Source: Octopus vulgaris
Taxonomy: Eukaryota
Direction: 5' to 3'
Length of the DNA stretch: 64,000 bases
Assembly (NCBI GenBank): GCA_951406725.2
Contig: OX597835.1
Coordinates: forward strand, 24,490,001-24,554,000
This document shows positions 25,060 to 41,127 of the stretch, piece after piece. A program made the position numbers and the translations under genes. The notes beneath the pieces are model-generated. The model made no database searches, was not told the origin of the DNA, and saw nothing but the letters and a program-made list of their open reading frames with translations. Every line of letters begins with the position of its first letter. Within the stretch, counting starts at the first letter, position 1.

Positions 25060-25599
25060 TTGTATACGTACATACACATATGTATTAATGTGTTTACTAG
25101 ATAAGAAATATGTTTATTTTATGGCGTACAGTAAGGAAACTACATTGCATGCTGGGTAATATCTGTTTATTATTTTAACACTAGAACACGAATAGCAGAT
25201 AATATATATTTATTATATGGCGACTGTACAGTTAGTAAACTTTGCATTGAATGCTGGGTAATGTATGTTTATTGTACGAGCATTTAAAACAAGATTACAA
25301 GATAATATTTATTTATTATATTGTGATTATGCAGCGAAGAAATAAGCTAAGGAAACAGTTTGGAGTCAACAGACAATTTACAAATAAAAGAAATACATTT
25401 CGGCGTTAAATAAATCTCGAAAGCTATTTTAAATTCTTCCCCACGACTGTTTGGGCTATAGATGTAGAGACTCCGATAGATTCCCTTCAAGAATTTCCCA
25501 CTTTCTCTTTCTTTTAGCAAGTTCTGTTTTCTAATGATTATCGTAATTTCAAACATTTCTGTTTTTACATCGAAATTCTTGCTTAGATTCTATTTAGAG

Positions 25600-26217
25600 C
25601 AGTGTTCCTCAACCATATTTTTGTTTGTCTATGGAATCCTTGGATTCCTGTTTTACTCGGATGCATTCTCACAGCCATTCGATGTCTAGAATAATCATAT
25701 TAGAGTTTTATAATTAGATATTAGGAATTGTATAAAAACAATTAAAATATTTTGCGTATTATGGAAATATAATCAATTTTTTGCACATAAATTCTAACAA
25801 CAAAATCTTATATGGACCCCCACCAAGGGTCCATATATGGAAACTGCTTGGGACCATTGGTGTAGAGCAGTGGTTCTCAACTGGGGTCTATATGGCCCCT
25901 GAGGGTATATAAGATTTTTGGGAGTCCACGAACAAAATACTAAGTTTGGGACCCACAACAATATTTTAAGAACCTCAGAAAAAAAAATTTGCTTTAGATG
26001 TATGTATTGGTATGTATTGCAAGAAACAGATTAATTTCTTTCTCTACCATTTTACATAATTCAACCAACACATGTTAATGTGTGGAAAACAAAAACAGGA
26101 ATTTTGAAAGAAGTCTCTATAAGACTAGTTTTTAAACATCGACCGGCTATGGGGGTCCACCAGTAATCAAATAGTAATCGAAGGGGTCTATAGATAAAAA
26201 ATGGTTGAGAACCCCTG
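25600..26217. mobile_element. Two adjacent, oppositely oriented hAT (Charlie-like) MITEs (25600-25859, 25868-26217)
   Basis: Termini cagtg(g)ttc(c)tcaac / gttgagaacccctg; flanking 8-mers atttagag, gtgtagag and ctttaggg resemble the NTCTAGAN target. Confidence 0.75.
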
Positions 26218-26672
26218 CTTTAGGGGAAGAAAGAATGGTCACTGGACGATTTGTACCAAGACAGAATCTTAATTGATTCGTTTCGTCTATGAACTTCAGG
26301 ACAAATTGCTACGTCTTGATAAATCTCACGATATGAAAAATCTTGGGGTTACTCAATATCACTATCAACAGGAATCTAAAGGAAGGTCATTCGATCGACT
26401 GGTATCAAGCCGTACCTCGCCTCCCTCCAGCCTCTGCTCCAGAGACGTAGTGTCTCCGCTTTGGGCTTTTTCTTCTGTTACTACAGTGGTATCTGTTTCT
26501 TAGTGTTAGTTGGTGCCGTCCCAATTACACACACACACACACAGACACACACACACATGTACACATATATATGTGTGTGTGTATGTGTGTGTATGTATGT
26601 GTGCATGTATGCATAGATCCACCCATCCACCTATCCACAGATACATATATATGTATATGTATACATACATAC

Positions 26673-26707
<35 letters not shown>

Positions 26708-26709
<2 letters not shown>

Positions 26710-26902
26710 GGAGTAAACACATAAATGTGAAACAAGGTAGAAAAAATAGTACTCAAATACCAGGGGTAGAGTAATGTGCTTTATTTAAAAGCAGCAGAAA
26801 TTCAACAAAACCTGTTACTCGGAGTTTCACGTTCCCGTTCGTCGGACAGTTTTGTTAACAAAACTGTCCGACGAACGGAATTTCTGCTGCTTTTAAATAA
26901 AG
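26708..26902 (-). mobile_element. Fold-back Penelope-like short element in (TA)n (second copy 61744-61875)
   Basis: Perfect 44 bp palindrome 26835-26878; outer inverted repeat 26779-26802/26879-26902; HHR inside. Confidence 0.7.
26812..26849 (-). ncRNA. Minimal type I hammerhead, CCGACGA (U4C) core
   Basis: ctgt CCGACGA acg ggaa cgt GAAA ctc c gag TA acag. Confidence 0.7.
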
Positions 26903-27118
26903 TATATATATATAAACACACACACACACACATACATATATGTGTGAGTGTGTGTTTGACCATATTTTTTTTTATAAAAGTCAAAACAATGACATATTTA
27001 AAAAAAATACAACGGGTAAAGAGAAAAATAACTTATATGTTAAAAGTTTGACGGCAGAGAAAAACGATATTGCATATTTTGCGAAGGATACAAGATAACG
27101 AACAGGAATACGAAGATG

Positions 27119-27152
<34 letters not shown>

Positions 27153-27291
27153 CACACACACGTACGCACGCATACACATGCATGTATGCATACACACAAA
27201 CACTCACTTCCTGTACATATCGCGTACCGGACGTGTGGATGGAAGCAGTAGAAATGTGAATTTGAAACACTTGTTTCTGATATATTCATTT

Positions 27292-27345
<54 letters not shown>

Positions 27346-27426
27346 ATTATACATGCATATCCGTGCACACATGTGCATGCACACGCACTAAACAGGATTT
27401 CTCACGGTCGCAAGATGGCGCGAGAG

Positions 27427-28048
27427 CAGCGCTTCTCAACCACTTTGTTTTGCCTCTGGATACCTTTGATTCCAATTAAAGGGAATGGACACTCATAGCC
27501 ATTCGATTTTTTAAAAAAAATTCCAATTATATTTGTATAATGAAATAATATTAACAACTGTATAAACTTTTTTAAAAAATATTTTGAGTATTGTAAAAGT
27601 ATAACCAAACTTATTGCAGACTAGCACTATGACCCGGCAACGCCGGGTCATAGTGCTAGTGCATGCATATACAGCCGCGTGCGCACATACACGCGAGTAC
27701 TGTCCAAATCTCCGACCAATCACATACAGCTAGCTGGCATTCAATTGGCATATCAAGTTTCGGGCATTTTGATTGGCTTTTGGATAGAAAAATCACAAAA
27801 AAGTCACTTCTATTGATTTTTTAATGGCTTTCTGGGGTGACTGGGGAAATGTAAAGATGTGCACGAGCACTCTTGGACGGTTTTGAATGACCATAGAAAG
27901 TGCGAGCCCTCTAACTGAAAAATTGTGGATTTGTATAAAGGACATACACACACACACACACACATTTTGCCGTTTATATATAGAGAGATAATTTTTAACA
28001 ACCAAATCTTATTTGGAACCTCAGTGGTCGTATGGGCCAACTGTGCTA
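27427..28048. mobile_element. hAT MITE (family of 25600-25859) split by a Helitron
   Basis: cagcgcttctcaacc start; homology to the 25600 copy stops at 27620 and resumes at 27989. Confidence 0.7.
27621..27988 (-). mobile_element. Non-autonomous Helitron
   Basis: Minus strand A|TCtctctatatataaa...hairpin...CTAG|T. Confidence 0.8.
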
Positions 28049-28257
28049 GAGATATTGTTTTGATTTAATGCCAAACTCGGGACATTATTGTCGACACTTC
28101 ATTTATAAATCACTCAACGACAAAAGGAAAATGGTTACCTTACAAGGATTTGAGTACACAACGTGAAAATACGCGCCTAAACACTGCAGATATTTTATCT
28201 TACCTTATTCTGCCAATTAGCAAACAGGCCTTCTTCAATTGGAAAATAAGTACCAGT

Positions 28258-28317
<60 letters not shown>

Positions 28318-28318
<1 letters not shown>

Positions 28319-28710
28319 TAGCAGTATCGCCCGGCGTTGCTCGGGTTTGTAAGGGAAATAATTATATAAGCATTTTTAGAGATGTAAAGTATAATAGCCA
28401 TCTCAATATGGCTAACCACAAAGGGGAGGGGTGTTACTGTAGCTTTTTACGTTCTGAGATTTAATAATAAATTTTAGAGAGTTACTTCCCTTATATATGT
28501 CAAAAATGGATTAAAAATGGGAAAAATATGATGGTAAATTTTTTTAAATCGTAGACTCATCGTAGACGCACGCTAATACCAAGAAGGGCTCGATATGAAT
28601 CACGACTATAAGATACCCGCTTTTGGTTAAACTGCACCGCAAAATGTGGGAGTAGTTAGGAATCTAAATCGTAGGAGACAGACACACAACCTCACTTTTA
28701 TATATAAAGA
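28318..28710 (-). mobile_element. Non-autonomous Helitron (family of 41128-41801)
   Basis: A|TCtttatatataaaa...cccgagcaacgccggg hairpin-cgatactg-CTAG|T. Confidence 0.85.
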
Positions 28711-28810
28711 TTTCCTCTATTTACATAATATTGAGGTCTCTTTCTTTCTTTTGTTATCTTACTGTTTTTACCAATATATATATATATATATATATATAAA
28801 TATATATATA

Positions 28811-29133
28811 GTTACAGAGATGTACTTGCATAGCAAGTGACTTGATCTGAGATCGTGTGCTGGAACGAAAACAGTTGCAGCGTTGAAGGTGTTTATAAGC
28901 CATTTAAGAAACACACAAAAACCGTTAGATTCACTTCAACATTTAAATTTAATTTGTCAAAATATTTTCGTCGCTTTGAGACCGCGACCTGTTAGCACGA
29001 TATTTTTGTCAGTGAACAGGTCGCGGTCTCAAAGCGAGGAAAATATTTTGGCAAATTGAATTTAAATGTTGAAGTGAATGTAACGGTTTTTGTGTGTTTC
29101 TTAAATGGCTTACAAACACCTTCCACGCTGCAA
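28811..29133. mobile_element. Fold-back Penelope-like element in (TA)n, ~119 bp arms
   Basis: 28875-28993 is the reverse complement of 29015-29133; HHR fold at the centre. Confidence 0.7.
29006..29054 (+). ncRNA. Hammerhead-like motif with G3-C8 core (GUGAACA)
   Basis: ttgtca GTGAACA g gtcgc ggtctcaaa gcga(g/c) GAAA atat TT tg(g/a)caa; the opposite arm supplies gcgac and tgacaa. Confidence 0.6.
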
Positions 29134-29214
29134 TATATATATACACACATATATATATATATATGTATGTATGTATGTGTGTATATGTGTATGCATGTGA
29201 GTGTGTGTGCGTGT

Positions 29215-29428
29215 CTGTGCTTGTGATTGCCCTCCACCACTGCTTGACAACGAATGTTGGTTTGTTTACATCCCTGTCACCTAGTGGTTTGACAAAGGAA
29301 ACAGATAGAATAAGTACAATGCTTACAAAAATAAAACTGGAGTTGATTCATTAAACTACAATTCTTCAAGGCATTGCCCCAGCATGGCCACAGACCAATG
29401 GCTGGAAAAAGCAGAAGAATAAAAGAAT
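29215..29428 (+). mobile_element. Old SINE family A 3' half
   Basis: gcttgacaac..gatagaataagtac..ccagcatggcc. Confidence 0.7.
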
Positions 29429-29494
29429 ACATTCTCTGCTTTGATCTTATGTTCAAGGCATGAGAAAGCTTGAGTTTACATGAGAAGGCCTAAC

Positions 29495-29652
29495 AGACCT
29501 GGTAGAAACAGCAGCCAAATCTCCCTCAAATCACACCTTACTGTCTTATGTATGTATATATATATGAGCCAATGAGGGAGACCCCTACATGGCAGCTAGA
29601 CATGGTAGAAATAGCAGCCAAATCTCCCTCAAATCACACCTTACTGTCTTAT
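29495..29652 (+). repeat. Tandem pair of a short dispersed repeat (related pieces at ~53975-54050 and 55170-55230)
   Basis: tagaaatagcagccaaatctccctcaaatcacacc(t)tactgtctta. Confidence 0.75.
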
Positions 29653-30199
29653 GTATGTATATATATATATATATATATATACAAGCCACTACGGTTATTT
29701 AATGTAAAGTCTTCCTCAAATCACTCTCGCTAGTTACTCTCTTCCAAGAACATTTTCACTCACTCTTATCTCTTAGCTTGCCATACATTTTACTCATGTA
29801 TCTATCAGCGTGATAGACAGAAACAAATATTACATCGCCATCGCCATCGCATTCTATTATCTACCTGTCAACACACACACAGTGAATTACTTTCATTTTA
29901 TTCGTTGCACACTGTGTGTGTGCGTGTGCGTGTGGTGTAAACCACATTAAGAAAAGCATTTGACATACACACCAGAATGTGAGTTTTCTGTAAATTTTGC
30001 TTAATTGGAGTTTAAATTTTAAAAACTGGACCTGGCATGACCCGATGCATTCTACTCTTAAAAATGCTAGGTAAATTGTAATTGAAGAAATCCTATATTG
30101 TAGATTTCTATAACTGACAAAGGGAGGCAGATAAAATCTGCCTTTTATAATAAGAGATATATATATATGTGTGTGTGTGTATATATATATATATATCTA

Positions 30200-30487
30200 C
30201 TGTTGTGTCTGGGGAGAGTCACTTTCTTTTTGTGCCTTATAATGTAACACACTCACCGGTAAAATTTCCACTTATTTCTTATTTTTATTTTCCAAAAATT
30301 TTCGTTGCGTCTTGCAACCTTTTCAATAGTCTTGAGAATCAATAAAAATAAGAAATAAGTGGTAATTTTATCGGTGAGTGTATTACATTATAAGGCACAA
30401 AAATAAAATGACTTTCCCCAGACACAACAGAATATGCTTCAACACACGAACTCATATAAAGAATCTTGCAAACCAAATCCAAAAACG

Positions 30488-30490
<3 letters not shown>
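30200..30490. mobile_element. Fold-back Penelope-like element in (TA)n (second copy 41833-42152)
   Basis: ctgttgtgtctgggga... and ...tccccagacacaacag arms plus one-sided extension; U3-A8 HHR fold at 30293-30330 (-). Confidence 0.75.
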
Positions 30491-30535
<45 letters not shown>

Positions 30536-30633
30536 GTAACAGAAAAGAGAGATTTCGATTATCCCCACGTGGTGAGTTGTAATGTATATAAGAAATTAAA
30601 AAAGGAAAATACGCACACTTACACAGTTTTAAT

Positions 30634-30668
30634 ATATCGACCGGTTTCGCTATCGCTATTCATGATAT
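30634..30668 (-). ncRNA. Minimal type I hammerhead with A3-U8 core (AUGAAUA)
   Basis: atatc ATGAATA gc gata gc GAAA ccgg TC gatat; the GAAACCGGUC half is typical of Penelope-associated minimal HHRs. Confidence 0.7.
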
Positions 30669-30818
30669 TATGTTTTATTTGAATATATATTTTTTCTTAA
30701 GAAGAAATTTGGTCCATGTTGTGTGTGATGAAATTCACGAGTGAATGACTTCACAAGTAGATAAATAAAGGGAGGTAATTGGTTGTCGTTATTATTGCTA
30801 TTGTTGTGGGTCAGGGAG

Positions 30819-30901
<83 letters not shown>

Positions 30902-31078
30902 AATAAGAAAATGGAGAGGATGCAAAAACGACATACATCAGCCGGTAGACATTCCAGTGTGTCTGTTTATTCAAAGGTATTAGAAGAATTCATACACATG
31001 TAATAACTATGTGTTACATACACATGTACTAATATTACAGAAAAGGGCAAAAGATCAGATTGTCAGTAGGTTCCAGTT

Positions 31079-31185
31079 CCTTACAGCCGTTTCTGCCAAG
31101 AGGCAACGAAATCATCCATACCATCTCTGGAGGGATGGGCAGATAAAGTTGGGATGATGAATATGCCTCTAGCCTTCTTCAGAGG
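31079..31185 (-). ncRNA. Hammerhead with canonical CUGAAGA core and long stem II insertion
   Basis: cct CTGAAGA aggctagaggca..~55 nt..tgcctcttggca GAAA c ggct g TA agg. Confidence 0.55.
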
Positions 31186-31254
31186 GTCTAAGTGGTTGGG
31201 AGGGTTAATACATATAAGAAACAGTTAACAAAAGGTACAGTGTGTTTGTATTTT

Positions 31255-31630
31255 TGAAAGGGCACACCTCGAATACTGCTGCTCCCTGTGGTCTCCCCAT
31301 ACAAAACAAAACATCTCGAGGGTTGAATCATCCCAGAAGGCACTCACTAAACGAATTGAAGGTATGACTGATCTCGATTATTGGGACCGCCTTAAAGCCT
31401 TGAAACTCCACTCACTCCAGCGCCTCCGCGAGCGGTACATCATTTGTACGATGTGGAGAATATACCACCAGCATTGCCCAAACGACCTGAACATTAGTTT
31501 CAAGGTACATCTAAGTCTGGGACCACGGGCCATACGTTCCCTGCCCAATTCAGGATCACAGCATATAGGTACACTGCGACATAATTTCTTTTCCTCAACA
31601 GGCCCTGCCCTGTTTAACATTGTCCCGATT
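31255..31630 (+). mobile_element. CR1/L2-like LINE fragment (family of 48925-50421)
   Basis: RAHLEYCCSLWSP..LDYWDRLKALKLHSLQRLRERYIICTMWRIYHQHCPND aligns with ORF 49013-49624. Confidence 0.85.
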
Positions 31631-31634
31631 GCTG

Positions 31635-31850
31635 GATCGTAGGTTCAGTTTCCAGACCGGTTGGCGCGTTGTGTTCTTGAGCAAAACATTTCATTTTACG
31701 TTGCACAAGTCCCCTGTTTGATCAGATGGTGGGGGTGGCGCTGCTTGGCCAGCCAGCAGGGTGGGCGTTATTGCAAGGCGAAAACTATGCAAAGTACATT
31801 GTGACCTGCGATGTGTAACAGCATCTGATAGTCTGCTCGATCACGTGATA
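31635..31850 (+). mobile_element. SINE family D fragment with tail X
   Basis: gcgttgtgttcttgagcaaaac..tttacgttgc motif shared with 61916-62243. Confidence 0.6.
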
Positions 31851-32091
31851 TATGTATGTATGCATGTGTACGTATGCGTGGTTGTCTATATGTATGCCTG
31901 TGGTCAACGTTCTTATCTCTATTCTATGTTTACAGGTATAAAAATAAACGGCAATATGAGCCAAATCGATAAATATAGATCGATAAAAAATAAGTACCAG
32001 ACAAAAATAAATCGATATGATCGACTAAACCCCCTTAGAGGCGTTGTACCGCCTAAGCCATAGTCAAATAATGTGTTTGTGTGTGCGCCTG

Positions 32092-32125
<34 letters not shown>

Positions 32126-32149
32126 TGTATGTATGTATGTATGTATGTA

Positions 32150-32224
<75 letters not shown>

Positions 32225-32361
32225 ATGTATTTAAAGCTGTTTCTGCACAGTAACTTAACGTCACTGTATATAAAAACATAACTTAATCGAATTGAGTGCT
32301 TTCAATTGCTGCACCCTATCAGCAAATGGAGAACGGACGTATTGTCTCTCTGTCTATCTAC

Positions 32362-32413
<52 letters not shown>

Positions 32414-32471
32414 TTGTCTTTCCATCTATCTATCTATCTATCTATCTATGTGTCTGCCTGTCTCTGTCTGC

Positions 32472-32503
<32 letters not shown>

Positions 32504-32924
32504 TCTCTCAATATGTCTATCTCTCTCTCTCAAATATCGAATACATTAAAATACCTTTTCTTCAGAGTCTCTTTTTGCTGAGATTATTTCAATAGAAGCG
32601 ATATCCTCTCAATCATCTTTATTACTCGAGATCGTCTGTTGACCTTCTGTCTCCTCTAAATTCAATTTAATGTATTTATTTGTTTACTTTCCCCTCTTTT
32701 TTCTCCTTTCGCTATGTTCCATCACCCAGTTACTATCTCTTCCTCTTCAAACTTATCAAATAATTCTTACTTCGAATACAAACATAATTCCTTTTATTTA
32801 TAGTGTTAACCAGAAATGTACTTCGCTACAACAATATTCCCAGCTATTAACGAAGATTTCCAGCTTTTGTTCCCCCCACCCCACCCCACCCCAATATAAA
32901 AATCGAGAAAGAAATGAGGTTTTT

Positions 32925-33960
32925 TTACAACTATGCCGCCCCGGGTCGACCTTAAGCGACTTCAACACCACCAAAGCATTCTATAAGGGATTAGTGGAAG
33001 GGAGGTACGGCGACGATCTCGGAGCGAACCTGGGCGTCGACGAGGAATACCTGACCCGCCTGTTCAAGACGACGTTCGGGCCGGGACCTATGGACAACTT
33101 CCAGAGATCCCTGGCCTTGCAGTGCTATCGAGAAGCGCTACCCGTTCGGGATAAGCTCTACAGGCATGGCTCGAGAAACACGGAGCCGACCTGCCCGAAC
33201 TGCGGTCAGAGCGACGAAACCGTTCTGCACGCACTCGTACAGGTCCAACCATTTCCGACCCGTGGGCCTATGTCGAATGATTACTATCGCGTGTGCGACG
33301 AGTCAGTTTATCAACCGAGTCTGTCGTGGCAAAAGTCGCGCCTCCTTCCTTGAAACGGGAAGGAAGAGCCATTTTCATCGTACTTGTGGCTATGACGAAA
33401 GAATGCGTATGGTGGACGCATCTGAAAGGTCTAGAGACAAACATTTTCCTCTCTGGTCAATCTCTCATCAATTTCTTCAAGTATCACTTAAAGAGGAAGG
33501 TGAGAGTAGAGAGTAGAGAGGGAACATCTAGTGAATGTTTCAAAAAGAGCTGGGTGAATATAGCAAGGATGGCACAATCTTATGAACCAGAAAAAGAGAG
33601 GAAAACAGAGTCACTTACTGTAATGTGTTTTTTGCATGACATTATTGCCCGAGGTTACCGTGGTATTTTCCGTAGGCTTTTCTTTCCACGAATAAACCTA
33701 ATCTGTTTTCCCTTTTACATTATGATATTTCTGTGATACACGATCCCTATTGATAGGCTTTTTTCATCCTTCTTTCCACGATCCCTTTTGATCAAAATTC
33801 TACCCCCACCTTTTCTTTCTTTTTCCCCCCTTCTTTCCACAATCCCTTTTGATCGAAATTCTACCTCCCCTTTTTTCTTCTCTTCTCTTCCCAAAAAGAA
33901 AAGCTCTCCTTTGTATTTTGTCCCCTCTGTGTTCGGCCCTGTGTGGCCAATAAAGAAACA
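32925..33960 (+). mobile_element. Tx1/L1-clade LINE 3' fragment (zf-RVT-like region plus 3' UTR)
   Basis: QCYREALPVRDKLYRHG..CPNCGQSDETVLHALVQ zinc-finger motif, frameshifted C-terminus, pyrimidine-rich UTR ending aataaagaaa. Confidence 0.75.
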
Positions 33961-34215
33961 TATCTATCTATCTATTTCTTTCTCCCTCTCTCTCTCTCTA
34001 TCTATCTATCTCTACCTGTCTGTCTGTCTATCTATCTTTTCTCTCTCTCTCTATCTATCTGTCTGTCTGTCTATCTATCTTTTCTTTCTCTCTCTATCTA
34101 TCTATCTGTCTGTCTATCTATCTATCTATCTTTTCTCTCTCTCTCTCTCTGTCTGTCTATCTATCTATCTTTTCTCTCTCTCTCTGTCTATCTGTCTGTC
34201 TGTCTATCTATCTTT

Positions 34216-34246
<31 letters not shown>

Positions 34247-34485
34247 CTGTCTGTCTATCTATCTATCTTTTTTCTCTCTCTATCTATCTGTTTGTCTGTC
34301 TATCTATCTTTTCTCTCTCTCTCTCTCTCTCTCTGTCTATCTATCTTTTCTCTCTCTGCCTACCTACCTGTCTGTCTGTCTATCTATGTATATGTCTGTC
34401 ACTCTGTCTATCTGTCTATCTACCTACCTACCTACCTACCTACCTACCTACCTACCTACCTACCTATCTATCTATCTATCTATCT
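33961..34485. repeat. (CT)n/(CTAT)n/(CTAC)n compound microsatellite
   Basis: Directly visible. Confidence 0.95.
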
Positions 34486-34499
34486 AGTCCGCCGGCGCG

Positions 34500-34900
34500 G
34501 TATCGAATCTGCCAGCAGGAAGCTGTATTACATACGGAAAGCACTCAGGACAAGATTAACTACAAAAGAAAGACAGAAAGGATGAGAAGAAACAACTGGA
34601 AGAATAAAGAAGATGGACGGTTCGTTCTCGAGAGAGATATCAAAAGACGCAGAGGTGGATAAAAGATGGATGCACTCACAAAATAGCGACTAGAAACAGA
34701 AACCTTGATATGCGTAACAGGGGGACAATCATTGAGAACAAATATCATCAGAGACAAAATTGACCAGTGAACAGAATCAGATAAATGATGAATGTGTGGT
34801 GAAACTGGAGAGACAGTGTGGCACATTCTAAGTGAATGCTGTAAATTGACCAGGTGAGAATACAAGAGAAGGCATGACAATGTCGCCAGAAGGGTCCCAC
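34500..34900 (+). mobile_element. R4/Dong-like (restriction-like endonuclease) LINE fragment
   Basis: LETETLIC..QSLRTNIIRDKID..MCGETGETVWHILSECCKL..EYKRRHDNVARRV: CCHC knuckle plus RHD motif; in-frame stops. Confidence 0.75.
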
Positions 34901-34904
34901 ACTC

Positions 34905-35105
34905 GGCCGCCAAGCGCTTGTGTGGGACAAACACAGGCACGCACACAGACACACCCACAAACACACACACACACACACAGTGGGTTTGGTTCCGTTTACC
35001 AAATCCACTCATAAGGCTTTTTTTGGCCTAGGGCTACAGTAGAAGACACCTACCCAAGGTGCTCTGCAGTGGGACTGAACCCGAAACCACGAGGTTGAGA
35101 AGCAA
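34905..35105 (-). mobile_element. Old SINE family A 5' half
   Basis: accaaatccactc..agaagacac..gcagtgggactgaacc. Confidence 0.7.
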
Positions 35106-35124
35106 GCCTGGACCTATTTAACTT

Positions 35125-39135
<4,011 letters not shown>

Positions 39136-39142
39136 ATGTTTA

Positions 39143-39370
39143 AGTCGAGCTGGCAGAAACGTTGGCACGCCGGGCGAAATGCGAAGCCGTATTTCGTCTG
39201 CCGTTACGTTCTGAGTTCAAATTCCGCCGAGGTCGACTTTGCCTTCATCCTTTCGGGGTCGATAAATTAAGTACCAGTTACGCACTGGGGTAGATGGAAT
39301 CGACTTAATCGCTTTGTCTGTCCTTGTTTGTCCCCTCTGTGTTTAGCCCCTTGTGGGTAGTAAAGAAATA
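39143..39370 (+). mobile_element. SINE family B (tail 1), full length
   Basis: Head, Meta-like centre and tail ending gtaaagaaata. Confidence 0.9.
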
Positions 39371-39458
39371 TATATGGATATTTGTTCATATTTTACATAT
39401 ATATTAAATTATACGTGTATCCTGTTTCATGTATTAATATTTTTAAAGTTCTTTATAA

Positions 39459-39587
39459 TCTCTGATGAGGCCTATGGTTATATATATAATTACACTATTT
39501 TTAAATGCCTACAACCTCAATATTATTGACAATTATAGGCACGAAAGAAAAAAGTACTTTTATCCATAGGCTGAAACAGCTGTAAGG
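39459..39587 (+). ncRNA. Hammerhead with canonical CUGAUGA core and ~85 nt loop II
   Basis: tct CTGATGA ggcctatgg...ccataggct GAAA c agct g TA agg; stem I is weak. Confidence 0.55.
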
Positions 39588-39804
39588 AGTGATTTTAATG
39601 ATTTCAATAATATATATTATGATTTTTATAATCGTATCATTATCTTGTATGTATTGAATTATAAAGTATATATGTATGCTATTAAGGTTCTCATTTTTGT
39701 TAAATGAATGAATAATTCAACATTCTAATATCCGAAAGCTGATGAACCAACTAAATTGTTTCTCCATTTTCTTATTTGTATTATATATATATATATATAG
39801 GTGA

Positions 39805-39853
<49 letters not shown>

Positions 39854-39894
39854 TAGATAGATAGATAGATAGGTGAAAGATAGATAGATAGGTG

Positions 39895-39936
<42 letters not shown>

Positions 39937-40300
39937 CACACATAAACACATACACGCACACATATGTTTCTGTGTGAATGTGTGTGTATTTTGATTCTTT
40001 GTACGGACATATCTTTCTCCGCATTGTCACTCGCTTCCCACATCCCTGCCCTCGTCACCTCCTCTCGACTCCTGTTCTACATCACTTGTAGAATAGCGCA
40101 TCCCTTCCTACCCCGATCGCATTATACCTCTTCCTCCTCCTCCTGTCCCCCAACGCTCTCTTTCTCTCTCTCTCTCATTCTGCGGCTCGCCATATTACAC
40201 AATACTACATTAGCTTTTCATTTCAGCCTCACATTTCCCAGACAACCAGTTGTTGAAAGGAGCAGACAGATATATCAGACACATGTGTGTCTGCCTGTCC

Positions 40301-40340
<40 letters not shown>

Positions 40341-40403
40341 GTGTGTATGTATATATATATATATATATATACACATATGTGTATATATATATACATATGT
40401 GTG

Positions 40404-40447
<44 letters not shown>

Positions 40448-40689
40448 CATTAGCTTCACGAAGAGTCATCACTTGAACTAGGTGACAAGGTGCCGGCTTA
40501 TCCAGTGGAACAGGAAAAGTGCTAGAACGAAATAAACGAAGCATACACTGGTATAGGCGCATGCGTGTGCGTATATATACTTATATATGTGTGTATGCAT
40601 ATGTTAGCATATATATATGTACACACACACATATATATACATATATACACATATATATGTACATTCATTTACAAAGGCATATATATCTG

Positions 40690-40728
<39 letters not shown>

Positions 40729-40754
40729 GTGTATATATATGATATATACATATA

Positions 40755-40800
<46 letters not shown>

Positions 40801-41127
40801 CGTACACACAAACACACACACACACACACAAACACACACATGCACGCAATAGTAAACAGGGGCACAGGAGGACGACGAAGGAACATAAGCGAAAACAGGA
40901 AGAAAAACACAAAGGATGTGGACCGGCACATCCTTCATCATAATTCCGACGCCTTATCCATAATATTGTTCGCTTTGGCGGCGTCAACAATAAAAAAACT
41001 GGCGCGGGGTTACAAATGAACGAAAATGAAGTTCAGAATGAGACAAAGAAAGGGTCTCTGAACAAGTTATGAGGAGAACGGGAGAATATACAAAACGAAA
41101 TTGGAAAGACTGTAACGAAATAATAAA

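Noticed and set aside
29730-30157. Possible further Helitron (A|TCtcttattataaaa start on -, hairpin 30125-30143)
   Set aside because: No convincing hairpin-CTAG 3' end found; left uncalled
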